DNA of 60,000 bases from Callorhinchus milii (Eukaryota), in contig NW_024704742.1 in NCBI RefSeq assembly GCF_018977255.1, forward strand, positions 85,438,001 to 85,498,000, in the 5' to 3' direction. A model generated the notes under the pieces. It did not search any database and was not told the origin of the DNA. It saw nothing but the letters and a program-made list of their open reading frames with translations. This document shows positions 12,313-25,013 of this stretch, in pieces (within the stretch, counting starts at the first letter, position 1; every line of letters begins with the position of its first letter). The position numbers and the translations under genes are program-made.

Positions 12313-13077
12313 AAGATGGGGAACTATAGGCCAGTTAGTTTCACATCAGTGATAGGAAAAAATTTAGAATCATTGATTAAGGATATGGTAGTGCGGTATT
12401 TAGGGGAACACAATATAATTAGGCCAAGTCAACATGGCTTTACAAAAGGGAAGTCATGTTTGACAAATCTCATAGAATTTTTTNAGGATATTTCAAGTAA
12501 ACTAGATAAAGGTGAATAATGGAATACTGTGTGCAGTTTTGGTCTCCTTATTTAAGGAAGGATGTACTTGCCTTGGAGGGGGTGCAGCGTAGATTTACTA
12601 GGTTAGTACCAGGGATGAAGGGGATGAGTTACGAGGATAGGCTGATCAATTTGGGCCTATGTTCTCTAGAATATAGAAGAATTAGAGGGGATCTTATAGA
12701 AACCTACAAGATCATCAAAGAGCATGATAGAGTAGATAGTGGGAGATTGTTTCCCCTGGTTGGAGAAACTAAAACCAGGGGTCACAACCTTAAAATCAGA
12801 AGCCAACCCTTTCGCACTGAGTTGAGGAAGAACTTCTTCACTCAAAGGGTGGTGAATGTATGGAACTCACTACCCCAAAGGGCCGTTGACGCTCAGTCCT
12901 TGAACATATTCAAGACTGAGATAGATAGATTTCTTATTGCAAAAGGGATTAAGGGATATGGGGATAAGGCAGGGTCAGGTTATTAGCTGGAGTTACATTA
13001 GAAGATCAGCCATGATTGAATGGTAGGGCAGGCTCGAAGGGCCAAATGGCCTACTGCTGCTCCTACATGTTATGCTA
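12313..13077 (+). mobile_element. Internally deleted CR1 LINE with 9-bp target-site duplication
   Basis: YRPVSFTSVIGK...QHGFTKGKSCLTNLIEFF fused to EYCVQFWSPYLRKD...FFTQRVVNVWNSLP; CR1-like 3' UTR; TGTTCAGAA at 12304-12312 and 13078-13086. Confidence 0.9.
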
Positions 13078-14139
13078 TGTTCAGAATTCAAATAGAGGGC
13101 AGAGATTTCAAATTAAAAAGTCTCCAGTTGGATCAGCTTTGAAGGATCTTTAATCTCAGAGCAGCAATAACAACTAAAACATCACATTTCTATAGTGGCT
13201 TTCACGTTGGGAGGATGTCCCAATGCACTCACTGGACAGTCAAGGATTTGGACCTGAGCGGGGGGTAGAGAGTAGGGAGGATAGGCATATGAGGATGTCC
13301 GAAAGTGTGGTCCAAGAGAAGGGTCTTGAAATGGGCGAAATACAGTAAATATTTGGAACAAACTCACAGCTAAAGCAGTGCATGGCACATTGATTAACTA
13401 CTTCCAAAACCACTGGATAAATACCCACTTGAGAACAGACTGAGGTGGACAAATGCCCAAAGGATTATAGTGATTTCTATGCAGCTGCAGTGGGCAGGGA
13501 GAGTTAAATGTCAGTGAAGCAGAGTCCAGGGTTGAGATAGAATATTCATCAACTTCGAAGTTCAGAAAGTGCCACTGTTGAAATATTCCACCCAACCCCT
13601 ACCATAGGTGATAGTCCAAGTTTTGACCTATCTTGTGAAGAGAGGGGGCTAAGTAAGCAGGATATATCCCTCCAGGGAAAGAGTGTGCATTCCATTCCAC
13701 AATCTTATCTCTGGTATTTCCATGTGTAGGTGGGATGTTTGGAATTCTTAATTTGTTTTGGAAACTCTTAAGCATGGTGATGGGTTTCCGCATGTGTCAG
13801 ACACCCAGCTGAGCAAAGAGAGAGGGCTAGGTGGGCTGAAAGGGCTTTTCTCATACAGTAGCTGGAGAATAAAAAAGGAGAGTTCGCAAAGTACTGTACT
13901 TGTTGCTTGTAAACTCATCTCTATATATTATTCTTCTGTTTCGTAAATCTATTGAACTTTGCACAAATTCTGATGGCGGTCTTCTTTGTGTCTACAGGTT
14001 TTATGAAGAGAACTGGAAATGTTTCATTATAAGCTCAATGCATGGGCTATTGTGTATCTGCTGATACAGAGATAAGCATCTGGTGCATGTCCAGAGACCC
14101 CAGTGTGTGACAGAGAGGAAACTCCAATTTCTGACTTAC

Positions 14140-14287
14140 CGTTTCTTCAGAAGGGAAGTGAAGGGTCTGCGGTGCCTGCTTATTCAGGAATTTATTAAAC
14201 AGACGGATGTTTGCAAACGTCCCCCGTGACATTACTGCATCATTACCTCTACGGGATCCATAGGAGTTGAACATTCGAGGTGTTAAC
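14140..14287 (-). CDS. ACO1: ACO1 exon 18 (148 nt)
   Basis: [49 protein letters not shown]; tag|...|gtaagt. Confidence 0.96.
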
Positions 14288-14356
14288 CTAAAGGGATGAA
14301 TTATACTCTTGCTAATATTAAATAAAATTTTTTAATAAACTGTTCAGTTTATAAAG

Positions 14357-15060
14357 CCCCCGCACCGTCTTGTTTATAAAGCCCCCTCAATGCTCTGTCC
14401 TTGATCCTTTCCCCTTCTCTTCAACATATACGTGCTACCTCTTGGTGACATCATCTGCAGATATGGGGTCAACTTCCACATGAAACCCAACTCTACCTCT
14501 CTGCCTCCACACCTCAGGCAATGGCAGCATCACCATCCATGAATGCACACTCCATCTCACTGAGCCAGTCCAGAATCTTAGCTTCTTGTTTGACCCTCAA
14601 CTGTCCTTTCCATCTCACATCCATGGCATGCCCCTTCCTGCCTTCGCCCACCTCTGAAACATCACCCAGCTTCACCACTGCCTCAACCCTCAGGCTGCCG
14701 AGATCCTCATCCATGCATTCGTTAAATGTAGGCTCGACTGCTCCAACTCTATTCTTGTAGGCCTCCCCATCTCGTCCCTCTACAAGCTGCAGATCGCACA
14801 GAATTCTGCAGATTGTGTCCTCTCCCGCACCAAGCTCTGTGACCTTATCACCTCCTCCCGGCTCCACTGGCTCCCCATCCTCCAGAGGATAGTGTTCAAA
14901 ATTCTCCTCTACCATGCCTTCGGTCACCCTCCTACCCTAAGCTCCCTGCCCTTCACCCCTCCTGATCCCAAACGCACCCTGGTCAAACTCCCTGACTTTC
15001 CATGCCTTGGGACGTCCTCCCAACATGAAAGGCGCTATACTAAATGTAAACATTATTATT
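14357..15060 (+). mobile_element. Degenerate, internally deleted L2 LINE
   Basis: Similar to 8660-9680; ends in the L2 tail gggacgtcctcccaacatgaaaggcgct. Confidence 0.85.
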
Positions 15061-15511
15061 AAGATTGTGCAGAATTTTGGAAGATTTTGGAAAATCCTTA
15101 AATTCAGAGTTAGTTCAAAGCTGGTTTTCCTGAGTTTTTAATCAAGTTTTGAAACAATTCCTTTCAAGCCTCATTTATGCAGTTTAGAAGCACCTTTCTT
15201 CCTCTGCCTCTCATGCGAATTACATTTTGTTTAATTCATACAGTAAAAACTAAACTCTAACTGCATAAACATTGGAGTAAGAGATTGCATTCACAGATCG
15301 CAAGCTAAGTACTCTGTTATTTCATTAGCACTTTGAGATGGCTCAAAGATGTGATAAGCCACTATATCAAATGCAAGGATTATTATTATTAGTTTAAATT
15401 TTCACTGCAACAATTCTCATTAACCCCGCACTTGATCAAACACACTAAATCTATAGGCATACTCTGTAAGTGCCAATTCAAATATTAAATCATTTTAAGA
15501 TCTTTGCTCAC

Positions 15512-15654
15512 CCCCGGTCAGTTAAGTAGCGAGCAGCTGGGCTGTTTCTAGCAATATTCCCTGCTGGAGAGATGTGGTCTGTAGTCACCGAATCACCCAG
15601 GTTCAAAAGTACATAGGCATCAACAATGGACTTTGGAGCCTGAAGAGCCAGAGT
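15512..15654 (-). CDS. ACO1: ACO1 exon 17 (143 nt)
   Basis: [47 protein letters not shown]; tttag|...|gtgagc. Confidence 0.96.
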
Positions 15655-16183
15655 CTAAAGGAAATTAAAAAAAGGACAATAACTGATTTAAAAAATATAC
15701 CCTACTATTACAATGTAATGTATGATGAGTAGTCACACTTACTGCAGTGTTAATTTATTTCAGTCTGAACAACTGATGTAAAATAAAGCAAGCCACACTT
15801 ATGGCTCCCTGTTCTATATCACTGTTCTCTCAAATAAAATACATTTACACTAATGCGAGCACTAGAGTTTGTGCAAGATTAGACATTCCAAATCACTTTC
15901 AAATTCACCTTTCAAAAACATTCACAAGCAGTATTCATTCAGTATCTTGTATAATTCCCAACGTACAAAATTTAACTTAAATCTACATTTCCACAGATAG
16001 CTTTGCTGATCACAATCTGGCTCTGATTACCCAGGCAATTAATCAGAGAAAATGCAAGCCAGAAGCATGGTTAAATACAAAGAATTAATATATTTTAGTA
16101 CAAATTGGAGGTTGAAGGAAAATCTGTTCCTATTTAACACTTAATTGCATTTGCTGCATTGAAGTCTAACTTTATTTACGTAC

Positions 16184-16288
16184 CAAGTTTTCAAAAAATG
16201 GTGGTGACTTGATGTAGGTTGAGTTGGGATTCCATGTGTACAGCTCATCACCAGGGGCATTCAAAGCATTCCAACGTTCATTTCGTTT
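16184..16288 (-). CDS. ACO1: ACO1 exon 16 (105 nt)
   Basis: [35 protein letters not shown]; ctctag|...|gtacgt. Confidence 0.95.
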
Positions 16289-16661
16289 CTAGAGAAAAAA
16301 ATCTAAATTAAATTCCTGTGAAAAAAAATCTAAATTAAAAAAGGGCTAATGGACGTTTCCTCATGCGCAGCTTCTAATGCTGTGCTCAGCCTGTAGCTTG
16401 ACCTGAATTGATTGCTGTCTGACTGGCACTGAAAAAGACCCACCCTATTTTGAGGTGCCTCGCAGCTACATCTTTTCTGCCAGTGAGTGCTTCCAACTGG
16501 TGCATTCACTACAAACCGTCATAAAGGCACAACAACGGCACATACAAAATTAAAAGGTCCTCTGATTGGGTTGGACAGGGATTGGCATTTGTGAATGAAA
16601 ATGCCCCGGTGACATGGCCTGGAGGTCAGCACCTCCACTTAAGTGGTGAGACTCAGTTTAC

Positions 16662-16786
16662 CTCAATCTTCTGATAAACCTCCTTGAACATGGCAGGAAT
16701 AACAAACTTCCTCTCCACAACTTGGACTTCTTCCCTGGTCGGCCAAATATCCCTTAGATAGATTTCTCTTCCTTCCACACCAACAC
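16662..16786 (-). CDS. ACO1: ACO1 exon 15 (125 nt)
   Basis: (G)VGVEGREIYLRDIWPTREEVQVVERKFVIPAMFKEVYQKIE; ttcag|...|gtaaac. Confidence 0.95.
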
Positions 16787-17147
16787 CTGAAGGAGAGGGA
16801 GAACAGGCCAAGTGTAAACACTCTAAAACACACAGCTTGGCTGCATGTGAGCGACACCAACTTTCCCTCCTTTTCACAGGATGAATATCTGACAGTAAAT
16901 AATGGTCACCACACAGAACAGGACAACCTTGGATTACTACATACAATACCAGCCTCCGGTCTCTTTAGAGCCAGATCAGCTCGAGACTCCACTTTAAACA
17001 GCATAATATATTTTAATGTGCTTCCTATTGCTTAATATTAAAGCAACATTTGAAAAACTCAATACAGTTACAGAGCAAGTTTTCAAAGTGAGGTAGAAAT
17101 CATGTTAACAATGAAAGGGATCAGAATCACTTTCTGAAACTACTTAC

Positions 17148-17304
17148 CCAATGGCTCTTTTTCAAAGTCGATGGTGACACTCCCGGCTATGGCATATGCA
17201 ATAACCAATGGGGGTGAAGCCAAATAATTGGCACGTGTATTGGGATGAACGCGACCTTCAAAATTTCTGTTCCCAGACAGGACTCCAACTGCCACAAGGT
17301 CACT
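17148..17304 (-). CDS. ACO1: ACO1 exon 14 (157 nt), SGNRNFEGR motif
   Basis: [52 protein letters not shown]; tacag|...|gtaagt. Confidence 0.97.
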
Positions 17305-17414
17305 CTGTACAGACGAAGGTTGCAAATGAAAAGATCGCAAAAGGCACCAGGAATAATCATATTTACTTTCACAGTTAATCTCTAATCTCTAATTACATAA
17401 CAAATGTAATGTAA

Positions 17415-17680
17415 TCATCCTTGCATTTGATACAGTACCTTATCATGTCGTTGAGAGTTTCAAAATGCTTCACAGAATATACTGTAAAAATGAATTAACT
17501 GTATTATTACCCCTAGAAAGCGATCTGTCAATTGACTAACAAATGGGTTCCACTTACTGCTAGTTAAGCAAAGGCATGTAGAGTAAGAAAACTTGCCTAA
17601 TGTTTCATCCTGCCTGGGAATCGAACCAGGTCCTCTCGCTTGCGAGGCGAGTGCTGCCAACCATTATGCTAAAGGACTCC
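17415..17680 (-). mobile_element. SINE family A with internal deletion
   Basis: Reverse tRNA-like head (ggagtcc...ggttcgattccc) and tail. Confidence 0.8.
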
Positions 17681-18004
17681 AACAAATATATAAGTCCTCC
17701 CAACCACCCAAGTATGTCTCCCTCAAACACTTCTAAAGCTAAAGTACTTCCAGGAAATCGCACATTTAAAAATTTTTTGTAACTAGGAAGTTAAAATTAG
17801 CTGTTACCTAAACAGCTGGTAAGTGCACAATTCTTAGAATGCAAGATCATGAGATCTGAGGCCATTTGGTGGTCAATTACAGAATAGGTTCTCTTCTAGA
17901 AAAGGCTTAATATTAATAATCACCTCTAGTGAGTTTTAATCCCTCTATTTCATCTCTATCATCTATCACCCATAACTTTGGGGGTAAATGTATTCATGGT
18001 ACTG

Positions 18005-18260
18005 TACAGGTTTCCACAGTGCACTGACCAACAACTGAAAGTTGTGGAAGAACGATGATAATTGTATTCAGAAATAATTAATTGTGTTCAGTATAAGTGT
18101 TTAACTGCATTTAGACGTCCAAAGGATTGGTGTGTGTGAGCTCCATCATTTTCATGGCAGATGTTCGATGGGATATCTTCCATGACATGATGAGTCACAA
18201 GACAAAATGCATCTCTGACAAGTTGTTTCAGCTCCTCCGTAATCTCATATCACTGCAACA
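18005..18260 (-). mobile_element. Tc1/mariner-derived non-autonomous element, copy 3
   Basis: Reverse complement matches 28385-28645 (ctgccatgaaaatgatgg...cagttaaacactt...cagtgcactgt). Confidence 0.75.
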
Positions 18261-18363
18261 CTGAAGTGTCATCCTTGCTCTACACTTTTGGTGATATCCC
18301 GGCGAATAAGCACCTTTTTTCAACAGTATGCTCTTCCGTGTTTTACTACAATATTATTATTAC

Positions 18364-18448
18364 CTTTGTAATTGCTTCCACAACAGTCTCTGGGAGAGGA
18401 CCACTGTTGCCAATGCAAGTCATGCATCCATATCCAACAACATCAAAC
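18364..18448 (-). CDS. ACO1: ACO1 exon 13 (85 nt), two [4Fe-4S] cysteine ligands
   Basis: [28 protein letters not shown]; cttag|...|gtaata. Confidence 0.97.
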
Positions 18449-19318
18449 CTAAGGCCAGGAAACATTATATTGAATAACTAAACACGAGAAAGTCCTACTC
18501 TGCCAGCATATCGTTTCTCAAATTAAACCAAATTAATCCAAATGCAAGAACATAAAAGGAAATATCACAGCATGAAGAAGGCACCAGTAGCAAATCTCAG
18601 CCAGTATTGGTACTGAATGCAAAGGATCTGCCAGTTGTCCTGTAGGGAATATAGTGGAGCATTTCCCCATGGGGATCCTCCATTCTATTCAACCTCCTCC
18701 TGCATATGAAGCTGTATGCTGGCAAACAGTCAATATACAATATCAAGGCCACAGAGATGGTTTTCAACATTAAATTATGCAAAAAATGAAACTACAAAAA
18801 CAACAAGAAATTACATTTATATATCGCCTTTCGTATCGGAGAGCATCCCAAGTTGCTGGACAGTTGAGGGTTTAGACCCAAGCTGGAGTTGGAATCAAGT
18901 GGAGTAGAGGTTAGGCGAGTGGGGGTGGAAGTATGGCCGAAGCCATGGTCAAAGAAGATCACGAGAAGGGTCTTGAAGGAGGCGAGAGAGGAGTGAGGCG
19001 GAGGGATTCAGGGATGGAGATTACTTCCTTATGGGTTGCCATCGCTGTCACTTTCTGTTTGCTGCATGAGTACAAAGAAGGAAGGGAGGTAGGTGGTGAC
19101 CTAATGACCTGGAAATGGGCCACACTGAGGTCCACACTGTAACCAAATTCTCGTTATAAAGTAGTTAATTACCGACGGGTCTGTACTGTGATTGCGCATA
19201 AACATCAAAGAGGGTAAGAAGTAATAAATCACTGTTACAATAACTCATCTTGTTCATTAGAAAACATATCAAATGCTTTCAGAATTCCTCTACAGAATAA
19301 GAAACTCATGGGGCTTAC

Positions 19319-19454
19319 CCTAATTTGGAGAGGTACGGCATGACTCCACTCTCCTTCAAATAGTAGGTAACTACACCACTTCCTGGAGACAAACTGGTTT
19401 TGATGTAGTGTTTGACATTCAGGCCAGCTTCAACTGCTTTCTTAGCCAACAGCC
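19319..19454 (-). CDS. ACO1: ACO1 exon 12 (136 nt)
   Basis: (G)[44 protein letters not shown]; tgcag|...|gtaagc. Confidence 0.96.
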
Positions 19455-19887
19455 CTGCAAAATTAACCTCATTATGCAGCCTCAGAACTAAATATATTTC
19501 TTAAGAAGTTACAGAATTTCATCTTTAAAATTAAGACTGATTTAAGAATTCACCACATTCTAGATGCTCTAAACACCCAAGTAAATATGGTAAATCTACA
19601 TCCAGGTAGAATTTTACACCCAAGGAAGTAAAAAGTAAACGAAAAATTAATTCAAAATCATTTATAATGATCCTGGGCAAGACACAACTGAAATTTTAAA
19701 AACTTTTATGTCCAATATTTTTGTGCACCTGTATAGTGATTGTGTGAAGCCATAATCATACCTCTCGATGAAGAGATGGAATACAGAATACATCATGATC
19801 TAGGGAGGTTTGAAATACTAAACTAGGTGCATCTTAGAAAATTGCAATAGCATCAAAGAAAATAATTATGCCCAAATCATACCAGTT

Positions 19888-20220
19888 AATAATAATCCTT
19901 GCATTTGATATAGCACCTTTCATGTCAAAACAACATCTCAAAGTGCTTCACAAGATATACTGTAAAGTGTAGCGACTTTGTACTTTGTAGGCAAATGCAA
20001 CAGCCAATTTGCACACAGCAATGTCCCACAAACAGCCATGAAGTGAATGACCAATTGTACCTAGAATCTAGATTGCTGACTAGAACTCCAGGAGAGAAAA
20101 ACTCCCTTCTCTTTGATGCATCTTTAACATCCACCTGGTCAGACAAACGTGCAAAGTATTGATGTGGGAGTTGAACCCACATCAGAGGTGAGAATGCTAC
20201 CTTCTGGGCCAAGCTGACGC
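19888..20220 (-). mobile_element. SINE family B
   Basis: Reverse-oriented tail, core and body. Confidence 0.75.
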
Positions 20221-20834
20221 CACTTGATGGTAAGTATGCATAAACGGATTTCTCAATTTATTTCTGTACTGGTGCTAAAATTTTGTTTGTACTGAATGAA
20301 CACTGCAAAACAAAGTGCCAACCTGTTAAATAGCATTTGAACCAGAGAGTGGGACCTCTGGAACAAAGTATTAAATACACCCATAGAAACGGAATTTGCT
20401 CTTCTGTAAACTCCTATACACCATCGGTGACCAAACAAGTGGTTTGCTCTCAGGCCTACTACCACTAGGTGGTGTACGAGAAACCTCCAGAGTGTCTGAC
20501 TCCCTGATTTTCCCTGCTTTTCTGTGAGAAGGGATCAAAGGACTGAATTTCCTCACTGTTTACTACCTCTTTAATAACATTGCCTAAAACTTCAAGATCA
20601 CGCAATTCTATGAAGTCCTTAAAACCAAATTTAATACATTTCAGAATTTTTAAAAATGCTATATTTTATGACAGTGGTATTAAGGATTACACATCTCTGT
20701 TGTTCACTAACCGTAACCTCACAGTCGGGAGGTACATCTAACCTCCGTGTGAGACACTTCCTGGAATTCCTATACTTGGAGACACCCGACATTCGACTTC
20801 TCAAATGCCCTCTTTGCCGTTCTCCCCCAGCTCC

Positions 20835-21275
20835 ACCATACACAGGATCCATCTGATCCAAAACTCTACCTCCCGCATACTCACACCAGCTCTAGTCAGG
20901 CTCCACTGGCTCCCTATCGCTGAACGGATCGATTTCAAGATCCTTTCACTCGTTTTAAAATCCCTTTATGCCCTGGCACTTCCCTACCTCTTCGACCTGC
21001 TTGCCTCCCAACCCACTGCCTCCGGCCATCTGCATGTCCCTTGTGCCCTCCGTTCCACCATTGGTGGCCGTGCTTTCAGCCACTAGACCTCGAAACAATG
21101 GAACACTCTTCCTCTAACCCTCTGCCCTGCCCCTTCCTTCCACATCTTCAGATCTTGCCTGAAGACCTTCCTATTCTACCGTCCCCTTCGGTCATCTCCC
21201 CCTCAGCTTGGAGTCGTGCTCCACCACTATCAAGCGCTCTGGGAGGGGCACTATATAAATACAAGTTGTTGTTGA
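20835..21275 (+). mobile_element. L2 LINE 3' fragment
   Basis: LHWLPIAERIDFKILSLVLKSL...TIGGRAFS; (TTG)n tail. Confidence 0.8.
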
Positions 21276-21886
21276 TAAGTTACATTTACAACTGGTGAAA
21301 TAAGCTCTGTCATGGCTACCTGTTACATCTCCAATCATGACTGATTATGATAACCCTTGCACTTACAACTAACCTCTGATTAGCTTGACTTAGTTCGCAA
21401 TATTCATGCTTATGGGTCAGAAGATTATGGTTCACGTCGCACATCAGCACTCGAGTTTAATGTCAAGACTGACACTCCATTGTAGTTTTGAGGATTCACT
21501 ATATTGTTGGAGTTGAATCCTTTGGAGGAGATGTTAAGCCAAGATCTCACTTGCCTATTCAAGTGGAAGTTACGTATTCAAAAAGAGTGTCTTCTTATCT
21601 GGGTCGAATAATCCTCCAGATAAACTTGTCGTTCACTTTGCTGTTTGCTGTCTGTAAACCAATTACCTCGTTTGCCTATAAATACACAATCACTATACTT
21701 GACAGCAATTCCCTGGAAGGTGATATCAACAGCAAAAATTATTATTATAATAATTTAATCATTACTTCCAGGTCACCCGTCACTCTGATTGTTTTTAAAA
21801 AATCCAGTTTATTTACTGAAGATGACATGTGTAAAACACTCGATTTCAAACGTACATAGATGATTTAAACACTGGTTGACAAGTAC

Positions 21887-22046
21887 CTGCTCCCAGCATT
21901 ACGGATGGGTTGCTGGTGTTAGTGCAGCTGGTGATGGCAGCAATCACAACTGAACCGTGAGACAGCTCATACTCCTGCTCATTGTACTGAAACTTCACCT
22001 TGTCTTCGAGACGCGCAGATGGAATCTGGAATCCTTTAAATCCTTG
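21887..22046 (-). CDS. ACO1: ACO1 exon 11 (160 nt), SCTN cysteine ligand
   Basis: [53 protein letters not shown]; ttcag|...|gtactt. Confidence 0.96.
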
Positions 22047-22277
22047 CTGAATTTAAAGAACGGGGGGTGGGGGTGGGATTCAAATTATTTCAATTCGAAT
22101 AAAATACAGGTGGCCAAAAAACTTTGCAAACCTTGTCCAGCAAATACACAAGGTGACCATAATGTGAACATTTCCAAGTCTGACAGCAAAAATAGCGACA
22201 AGAACCCATTTTGTGTCTAATAAAATGTTTGCTAGGTTTTACATTTCCGATGATATACAATTGCATTTAAAGCTCAC

Positions 22278-22394
22278 CTTTGCAACCAAGCAGCTTGCAA
22301 AATCTGTCTTCATATCTGACACAGATACTTTGTCCTGAGGTCTTTTGGGGCCACTGCAGCATGAGACCACAGAGCTGAGGTCTAGATCCACAAC
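22278..22394 (-). CDS. ACO1: ACO1 exon 10 (117 nt)
   Basis: [39 protein letters not shown]; tgcag|...|gtgagc. Confidence 0.95.
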
Positions 22395-23149
22395 CTGCAC
22401 AGAACAAAATGATATCACAGTTGCTCAGTTTGCGAAAACACAATATGTATTGGAACAAACTATATAGCTCCTCCTGCAAAAACTTTGGTGAAAAAAATGC
22501 TTGATTTGGAAGAAAGTTTCAGTTTTTTTACCTAATGCAATGATTTACTGAAGCGCAAATTCACTTATAATGTGGTTGCACTGTGCACCCCATTTGCTGT
22601 GCATGCGAGCTAGCTTTTTTGTGCTAAAATAGCCTATTTCTGGTTCATTATATCATCTCAACATCACTTCTTGCTTTGCTGTAAAGGGATAATGTAAGAA
22701 GTGAAATTGGAAGATCTAATGACACAGAAGTTGGCCATTTTGAGTTTCCTCCGCTATCAAAAAAAACCTGAATCATTAAGTCATTGACAACATCACTTAC
22801 AGCATTCACAGGATATACTGCATATTGTAGTGACTGTGTATTTTGTGGATGAATACCTGGAATTAAGTGTCCAGCTCTATGTTGAGACTTGTAGGTCACA
22901 GAAAATAAGAACATAGGATCAGGAGTACGTCATTCAGCTCCTCAAGCCTGTTTTGCAATTCTATCAGATCATGGCTGATCTGTACCTCCAATTAAAGAAG
23001 TGGCTAAAATCCAATGAACCAGAAGTCAGACACTTTTTCTTTAGCTCAGAGAACCAGCCAGTCCATAAGTCTGGCAGGGTTTATGCACAGTAAAATCCAC
23101 TGTCACTACAAAGCAGTTTGGGATTTTATAGCTCCCATGGTAGTAACAA

Positions 23150-23540
23150 TAATAATCATTGCATTTGATGCAGCAACGATCATGTCAAAATGTCTCAAAA
23201 GGTTTCATATATATTTGCTGTTTAGCCTAGTGACCCTGTGAAATGTAGTGACTGTGTATTTGTAGGCAAACGCAGCAGCCAATTTGTGAACAGAAAGATC
23301 CCACAAAGAACCATAAAGTGAATGACCAATTTTATTTGCAGGATTGTTAGCCAGAACACTGGGAGAAACTCCCTTTTGAGAAGTGCCATGGAATCTTTAA
23401 CATCCACCTGTACAGCAGACAGGAACTCAATTTAACATCTCATCTAAAGGATTCACCTCCAACAATGTAGTGGTCCCCCAGTACTGCCCCGGAATGCCAG
23501 CCCAGACTGTGACCTAAAAGTCCCAACCTAGAGCTGGACA
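23150..23540 (-). mobile_element. SINE family B
   Basis: Reverse-oriented tail, core and body (gtgccatggaatctttaacatccacctg). Confidence 0.8.
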
Positions 23541-23734
23541 CTTAATTCTAGGTATTCATCCACAAAATACACAGTCACTACAATATGCAGTATATCCTAT
23601 GAAGCGCTTTGAAACATCCTTCCAATGTGAAAGGTGATATATCAAATGTTAGGATTATTATTATTTTATTAACATACAAGTGCTCTTAAGCATTCTAAGA
23701 ATTCAATCACCTGAAAATGCAGTATCACCTTTAC

Positions 23735-23835
23735 CTGAGTAAATTCTGGATCCTGAGATGGGTCGCTGAAATCTCTGAACATGCTGACAGCTTTGAGGTA
23801 TTTTTCAATATAATTGAGCTTTTCTTCACTTCGAC
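23735..23835 (-). CDS. ACO1: ACO1 exon 9 (101 nt)
   Basis: (G)[33 protein letters not shown]; tgaag|...|gtaaag. Confidence 0.95.
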
Positions 23836-25013
23836 CTTCAATAAAAGACAAAAACAATGAATACACGACTGACTGCTCCTGAACCTATAAGAGCAGATAT
23901 TTTTAAATGTTAGAGAAAAAAATGGTTCTAAGACACAGCTCAAGCAATCCAGGGGAAAGGGAAGGAAATAATCATCACAATTATGCAAAATAAATGAATT
24001 TATGAACTCTGCTATAGTTCAATAAAAGGGTAAATGGTTTCTTGTTAAACAAGAAACTAACTAGCTGCAGACACAATGTCAATATGCACAGTTGGACAAA
24101 CACTTTTTTTTAATCCAACTAAGTCACTCAATAATTTTTGGAATAAGGTTTTTCCTTTCCTCCTCTCCCCATTTCATCACATACAAGCCTCACACATCTC
24201 TTAGAGTTAGAGTGCAATTCATAGGCCACCTGTTGAGAAGTTTCTGGCCTCTAGTCGATGCTTTCCCCATAAAGCCTTGCAGATGAGCAGTCGAATTAAA
24301 TGGAAAATCAATCCTCCACTCCTGACACCAACCATTGGTAATGTAGTGCGCTGCTCTGGGAGTGCATATCTTCATTTTTGCTGAGTATTTTATGGAAGCA
24401 TCTTAAGCAGTGCACAAAGATTAAAGATGAATTCCCTTCAACACTTCTTTCTACATTGCTTGGGAAGGGGAGTGGAGAATAATCTTTTCATTGCTAGTCT
24501 TGTAAGTCTGGTCACATCAGTTTTCCTGTAACATCCCGCATTTCTGCTAAATAGATATGCTTGTGTATAAATAGTGACTTGGACACAATACAATAACCAG
24601 AGGACTATAGCTATACCCTAGAATTGGGACATTTCATATTAGCATCAAAGGCTTCAGATTCACTCCAAGATTTGAATGTTACAGCATCTTGGGACGTCCT
24701 CCTCTCATGAAAGGCGTTATACAAATGTAATTTGTTGTTGTCGTTATAAGTCACAGTGTGAATACAGTGTTGGCACATTTCACATTGTCATTTTTTAAAT
24801 TGTTACTTATTCCTATTAATACTTTTTTTAAATTCTATTCACATTTATACTTTTTTTAACCGATAAGGTAATTTCCTGGTCCTTTCTGGAAGGTGAGAAA
24901 GAAACCCAATGTTAAGGGCAATGCCTTCAGGAAAGAAGGGAAGAATGTTGGCAAAAAAAAGGTTAGTTATAGACATATTAGTTTGCTGCAGAAACATGTC
25001 TTCATGTTCATAC

